Shown here: piece after piece, positions 59,311-64,000 of the stretch
Layout: every line of letters starts with the position of its first letter
How positions within the stretch are numbered: the first letter of the stretch is position 1
NCBI RefSeq assembly: GCF_032444005.1
Contig: NC_091284.1
Location: 673,878,001 to 673,942,000, forward strand
Direction of reading: 5' to 3'
From: Ranitomeya imitator
Taxonomy: Eukaryota
Length of the DNA: 64,000 nucleotides
Position numbers and translations under genes: made by a program
The notes under the pieces: model-generated
What the model was told of the DNA's origin: nothing
The model's input: only the letters and a program-made list of their open reading frames with translations
Database searches by the model: none

Positions 59311-61489
59311 GGGGATGTGCTGTAATTGAAAATATGTGACCTTGTTGGACATTGCAATTTTCTGGACTCTGTTTCTTTGTTTGAATTTCGTTAATAAAAA
59401 TCTATCTGATTCAAGAAAAAAGAAGCTGGCTGTTCACAGAGTGCTGTATCCAAGCATATTAATGGAAAGTTGCGTGGAAGGAAAAAGGTGCACAAGCAAC
59501 CGGGATAACCACAGCCTTGAAAGGATTGTTAAGAAAAGGTCATTAAAAAATTTGGGGGAGATTCACAAGGAGTGGACTGCTGCTGGAGTCATTGCTTCAA
59601 GAGCCACCACACACACAGATGCATAGCCTACAAGTTGCAAGTGTAGCATTCCTTGTGTCAAGCAACTCATGATCAATAGACAACACTTTCTAGAAGTGTC
59701 TTACCTGGGCCAAGGAGAAAAATAACTGGACTGTTGCTCGGTGGTCCAAGGTGTTGTTATCACATGAAAGTATATTTTGGATTTCATTTGGATATCAAGG
59801 TCCCAGAGTCTGGAGGAAGAGTGTAGTGGCACACAATCCAAGCTGCTTGAGGTCTAGTTTCCACAATCAGTGATGGTTTGAGGAGCCATGTCATCTGCTG
59901 GTGTAGGGCCACTGTGTTTTATCAAGACCAAAGTAAGTGCAGCCGTCTACCAGGAAATTTTAGAGCACTTCATGCTTCCCTCTGCTGACAAGCTTTTTGG
60001 AGATGGAAATATAATTCTCCAGCAGGACTTGGCACCTGTCCACACTGCCAAAAGTACCAATACCTGGTTTAAAAACAACAGTATCACTGTGCTTGATTGG
60101 CCAGCAAACTCACCTGATCTTAACCCCATGAAGAATCTATGGCACATTGTCAAAAGGAAGATGAGAGACACCAGACCCAACAATGCAGACGAGCGGAAGG
60201 CTGCTATCAAAGCAACCTGGGGTTCTAAAACACCTCAGCAGGGCCACAGGCTGATCGCCTCCATACCACTCCGCATTGATGCAGTAATTGATGCAAAAGG
60301 ATCCCCAACCAAGTATTGAGTGCATTTACTGAACATACATTTCAGTAGGCCGACATTTCAGATTTTAAAATCATTTTTCAAGCTGGTGTTATAAAGTATT
60401 CTAATTTACTGAGATAATGTATTTTGGGTTTTCATTGGCTGAAAACTATAATCAACAACATAAACAAAAATAAACACTTGAAGTAGGTCACTCTGTTTGT
60501 AATGACTCTATAATATATGAGTTTCACTTTTTGTTTTGAATAACTGAAACTTTTTGATGATATTTAATTTAGTGAGAAGCACTTGTAAATAAGGAATAGC
60601 CAGGTATTGCTGTTGATAGCATGAGTTACGAATACATAGGCTTTATAGGGCAAGGTATTAGCCATAGAACTTACCATGTCTCATTCATTGGATTGGACTT
60701 TCCTTGGATCCTGTTTGTTTTTTGAACCAACCTGGATAGATGAGTTCGAATCTCTTTTTTTCTCTCCTTGATTCATTGGTTGATGCTGTTGATGCAAACC
60801 TTCAACCACTCACCCAATACGGTATATGTTGTCCATGGGCACGTTTCAAACGTGTCCATGTATGGACTATGGTGTATGGACCGGCAACGGTATTCCTAAT
60901 CCAAACTCAACAACATCATAGGCATATGTAAAGTTGTTGAGCTCAGTTCAGGAGATCCACTGCCGGTCAATACAGTACATCATGGTCTGCACTGGGATAC
61001 ACGGATGTGTGATACCGGCATTAGTTATTTTGGAACACATATTTGTTGTATGTGTTATCACAGTTTTCATGGATTTATATTAAATGTTCAGCTTTAAGGA
61101 TATATCTCACTACTTTTATTTGCTTTAGGTTTGTTTGGAGAGAATGAGGTTTGATATTTTAAATGGATATTCACCCCCAGTTTTATCACTTTGGAATAAG
61201 ATAGCTTATCTTGTGTGGATAGTTATCATTTATGAATCCAAAAACAGAACTAGATCCAGTAACATTGAGTAGGAAAATTTAACTTCTCTCTGCTAGAAGG
61301 ACTTACTATTTTCATAAAATGCAAATTTCACCATGTAAATAAGCTCTAAAGTTGCTTCTAGAGTTACTTCTACTGTATTGAGGTGGTTATAAACTGTGGT
61401 GTCATGTGACACTATTATTACTTAAAGGGGAAAGTTTTTTATTTCTTATACTGGCCATATACAGGAGATAGCTATCTATCAATCAAATG

Positions 61490-63831
61490 ATCTGGCTGTA
61501 CATCACTACAACGACACTCTTAGAAGCACCCTTGACCAAGTAGCTCCCCTCACCCTCAGAACCTCCAAACACAGAGTGAAACAGCCCTGGCTCACATCGC
61601 AAACCCGATTTCTCTAGTGATTCTCTAGGTGTGCTGAACGCTTATGGAGGAAAACTCGCACACCAGAAGACTTCATACACTTCAAATTTATGTTAAGGAC
61701 CTATAACTCTGCCCTTCACCTCGCCAAACAGTCCTACTACACCACCCTGATCTCCTCACTATCCAACAACCCCAAGAAACTTTTTAACACCTTTCACTCC
61801 CTCCTCAGGTCAAAAGCACAAGACCCTATCACAGACATTTGTGTTGATGACCTGGCCTCCCACTTTATAGAGAAAATAGACAATATCCGTCAGGAAATCC
61901 GCTCCCAGACACCAAGTGCAATGACTCCCATTCCTCCCTGCATCTCACCCTGGCTCACTCTCCACATTTGATCCCATCACAGAAGAAGAAGTCTCCAAGC
62001 TCCTCTGCTCTTCTTGTCCGACTACATGCACCACCGACCCCATTCCCTCACACCTCCTCCAGTCTCTCTCTCTAGTCGTCACAGCTCACCTAACTACAAT
62101 TTTTAATCTCTCCCTCTCCTCTGGCATTTTCCCCTCCTCCTTCAAACACTCTATCATTACTCCATTACTAAAAAAAACCACCCTTGATCCATCCTGCACA
62201 ACTACAGACCGGTCTCCAATCTCCCCTTCATCTCAATACTCTTGGAGCGCCTGATCTACTCCCGCCTTACCTGTTACCTCTCCACTCATTCCCTCCTAGA
62301 CCCTTCACAGTCCGGTTTCCACCCCCTACATTCCACAGAAACTGCACTCCTCAAGGTGACCAATGACCTTCTGACAGCTAAATGTAACGGTGACCACTCT
62401 CTGCTCATTCTCCTCGACCTCTCTGCAGATTTCGACATTGTTGACCACTCTCTCCTACTCTCTAGGCTCCAGTCACTAGGCATTAAGGACGCTGCTCTCT
62501 CCTGGTTCTCCTCCTACCTTTCTGACCGCTCCTTCAGTGTTCTGTTCTCTGGCTCCACTTCATCTCCTCTTCCTCTCACTGTCGGGGTACCTCAGGGCTC
62601 AGTCCTTGGCCCCCTTCTCTTCTCCCTCTACACAGCCCCAATTGGACAGACCATCAGAAGATTTGGCTTTCAGTACCATCTTTATGCTGATGACACACAA
62701 CTATATACGTCATCCCCTGACCTTACCCCCGCTGTACTACAGAACACCAGTAACTGTCTGTCCGCAGTCTCCAACATCATGTCCACTCTCTATCTGAAAC
62801 TCAACCTCTCCAAAACTGAACTTCTGCTCCCGCCTTCTACTAACCTTCCTAAATCTGACATTTCCCTCTCCGTGGGTGGCACCACAATAACACCCTGGCA
62901 GCAGGCCCGTTGTCTGGGTGTTATGTTTGACTCTCTTTTTCACCTCCCACATACAATCTCTTGCCCGCTCGTGCCGCTTACAACTAAAGAACATCTCTAG
63001 AATCCGCCCTTTTCTCACCATGGAGACAACAAAAACTCTCACTGTCGCCCTAATCCACTCCCACCTGGACTACTGCAATGCTCTATTAATTGGCCTCCCC
63101 CTTACTTGACTTTCCCCTCTCCAGTCTATCCTTAATGTGGCAGCCAGGGTCGTCCATCTGGCTAATCATTACTCGGACGTGTCCGCTCTTCGCCAGTCGT
63201 TACACTGGCTGCCCATTCATTACAGGATACAATTCAAAGTACTTGTTCTCACCCACAAAGCTCTCCACAGTGCGGCACCCCCTTACATCTCCTCCCTCAT
63301 TTCTGTCTATCGGCCTAGCCGACCGCTGCGCTCTGCAAACGACTTTCGACTAACCTCTGCACTAATCCATACCTCCCACTCCCGACTCCAAGACTTCTCC
63401 CGTGCTGCGCGAATCCTCTGGAATGCTCTACCCCAAGATATTAGGACCATCCACAACTTGCATAGTTTTAGGCGCTCGCTCAAAACACATTTGTTCAGAG
63501 CAGCCTATCACGTTCCCTAATCAAACTCATTTTTTGTTTGTTTGTGTGTAGCCCATTCACTATCTTCATCTACCCCTCACCCCCTGAAGATGGCTGGACC
63601 ATCATTGTAAATACATCATTATAAATACACACCTGTGCTTTGTATCTCCCCCACCTCATTGTAGATTGTAAGCTCTCACAAGCAGGGTCGTCTTATTTTG
63701 TCTTATTTTGCTTTATTATTGTATTGTTAACGTTGTTACCTATGACTGTTGTGTTTGAAACTGTTAAACTGTAAAGCGCTGTGGAATATGTTGGCGCTAT
63801 ATAAATAAAGATTATTATTATTATTATTATT
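61490..63831 (+). pseudogene. 5'-truncated L2 (CR1-group) LINE, degraded RT and 3' UTR
   Basis: [65 protein letters not shown]; (ATT)n tail. Confidence 0.92.
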
Positions 63832-64000
63832 CATTCAGCAGACAGCTATTGGTGTTGATTCCTCCATATTCATGTGCTCTAAAAGGGATGTGAGGAGAAA
63901 GCTGCTGCCAGACTCACTAGACAGCTGTTTATAACCCCAGAAAACAAAAAGGGTCAGGTGTTCAAATTCAAACTTGTCTAATCCTTCTTTTCCCCGACAT

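Larger units (their letters stand above)
48632..59418 (+). mobile_element. 5'-truncated L1-clade LINE (degraded ORF2 from 48651), interrupted twice
   Basis: 15-bp TSD AAAGAAGCTGGCTGT at 48617-48631 and 59419-59433; EN motifs (N*NVRG, CLQETH, ISDHKP), RT motifs (SLDARKAF, RRGCPLSPLLF, LYTDD); AATAAA 59393-59398 plus short A tail. Confidence 0.92.
48259..60585 (+). mobile_element. Tc1 transposon (48259..48631 + 59434..60585) split by an L1 insertion; transposase decayed
   Basis: TA|CAGGTGCTTCTCACTAAATTAGAATATCAT ... ATTTAGTGAGAAGCACTTG|TA; remnant LQQDLAPVH and WPANSPDLNPMKNLW (catalytic E lost). Confidence 0.9.

Noticed and set aside
60790-60890. GAAACGT-containing hairpin-like region as a hammerhead
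   Set aside because: No CTGANGA core upstream on either strand.

Overview
Vertebrate genomic DNA, most likely an anuran (frog); the species is inferred only from the transposon repertoire. The only host gene is a complete 4-exon alpha-tubulin on the + strand: join(123..125, 9155..9377, 9528..9676, 9764..10738), 449 aa, with a 9.0-kb transposon-filled first intron. The rest is a deeply nested transposable-element landscape. It includes two chromodomain Gypsy LTR retrotransposons in opposite orientation (31035..42330 +, 53617..59310 -), an apparently intact DIRS tyrosine-recombinase retrotransposon inside the 3' LTR of the first (36414..41904), and two Tc1 elements (one with an open 340-aa transposase). 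There are also L1 and L2 LINE remnants, a tRNA-derived V-SINE, solo LTRs, a non-autonomous Helitron, Tc2-like elements with minisatellites, and many palindromic Harbinger-type and T2/TTAA MITEs. A 214-N assembly gap lies at 47331..47544. The most notable observations: (1) both Gypsy copies lack a tRNA primer site and show a Tf1-type self-priming signature plus 6-bp target duplications; (2) the DIRS gag appears spliced and gains a C4 zinc finger, and its recombination junction can be reconstructed base by base; (3) a minimal hammerhead-ribozyme motif lies on the minus strand at 13661..13708. All coordinates were read by eye, and no alignments or database searches were run.
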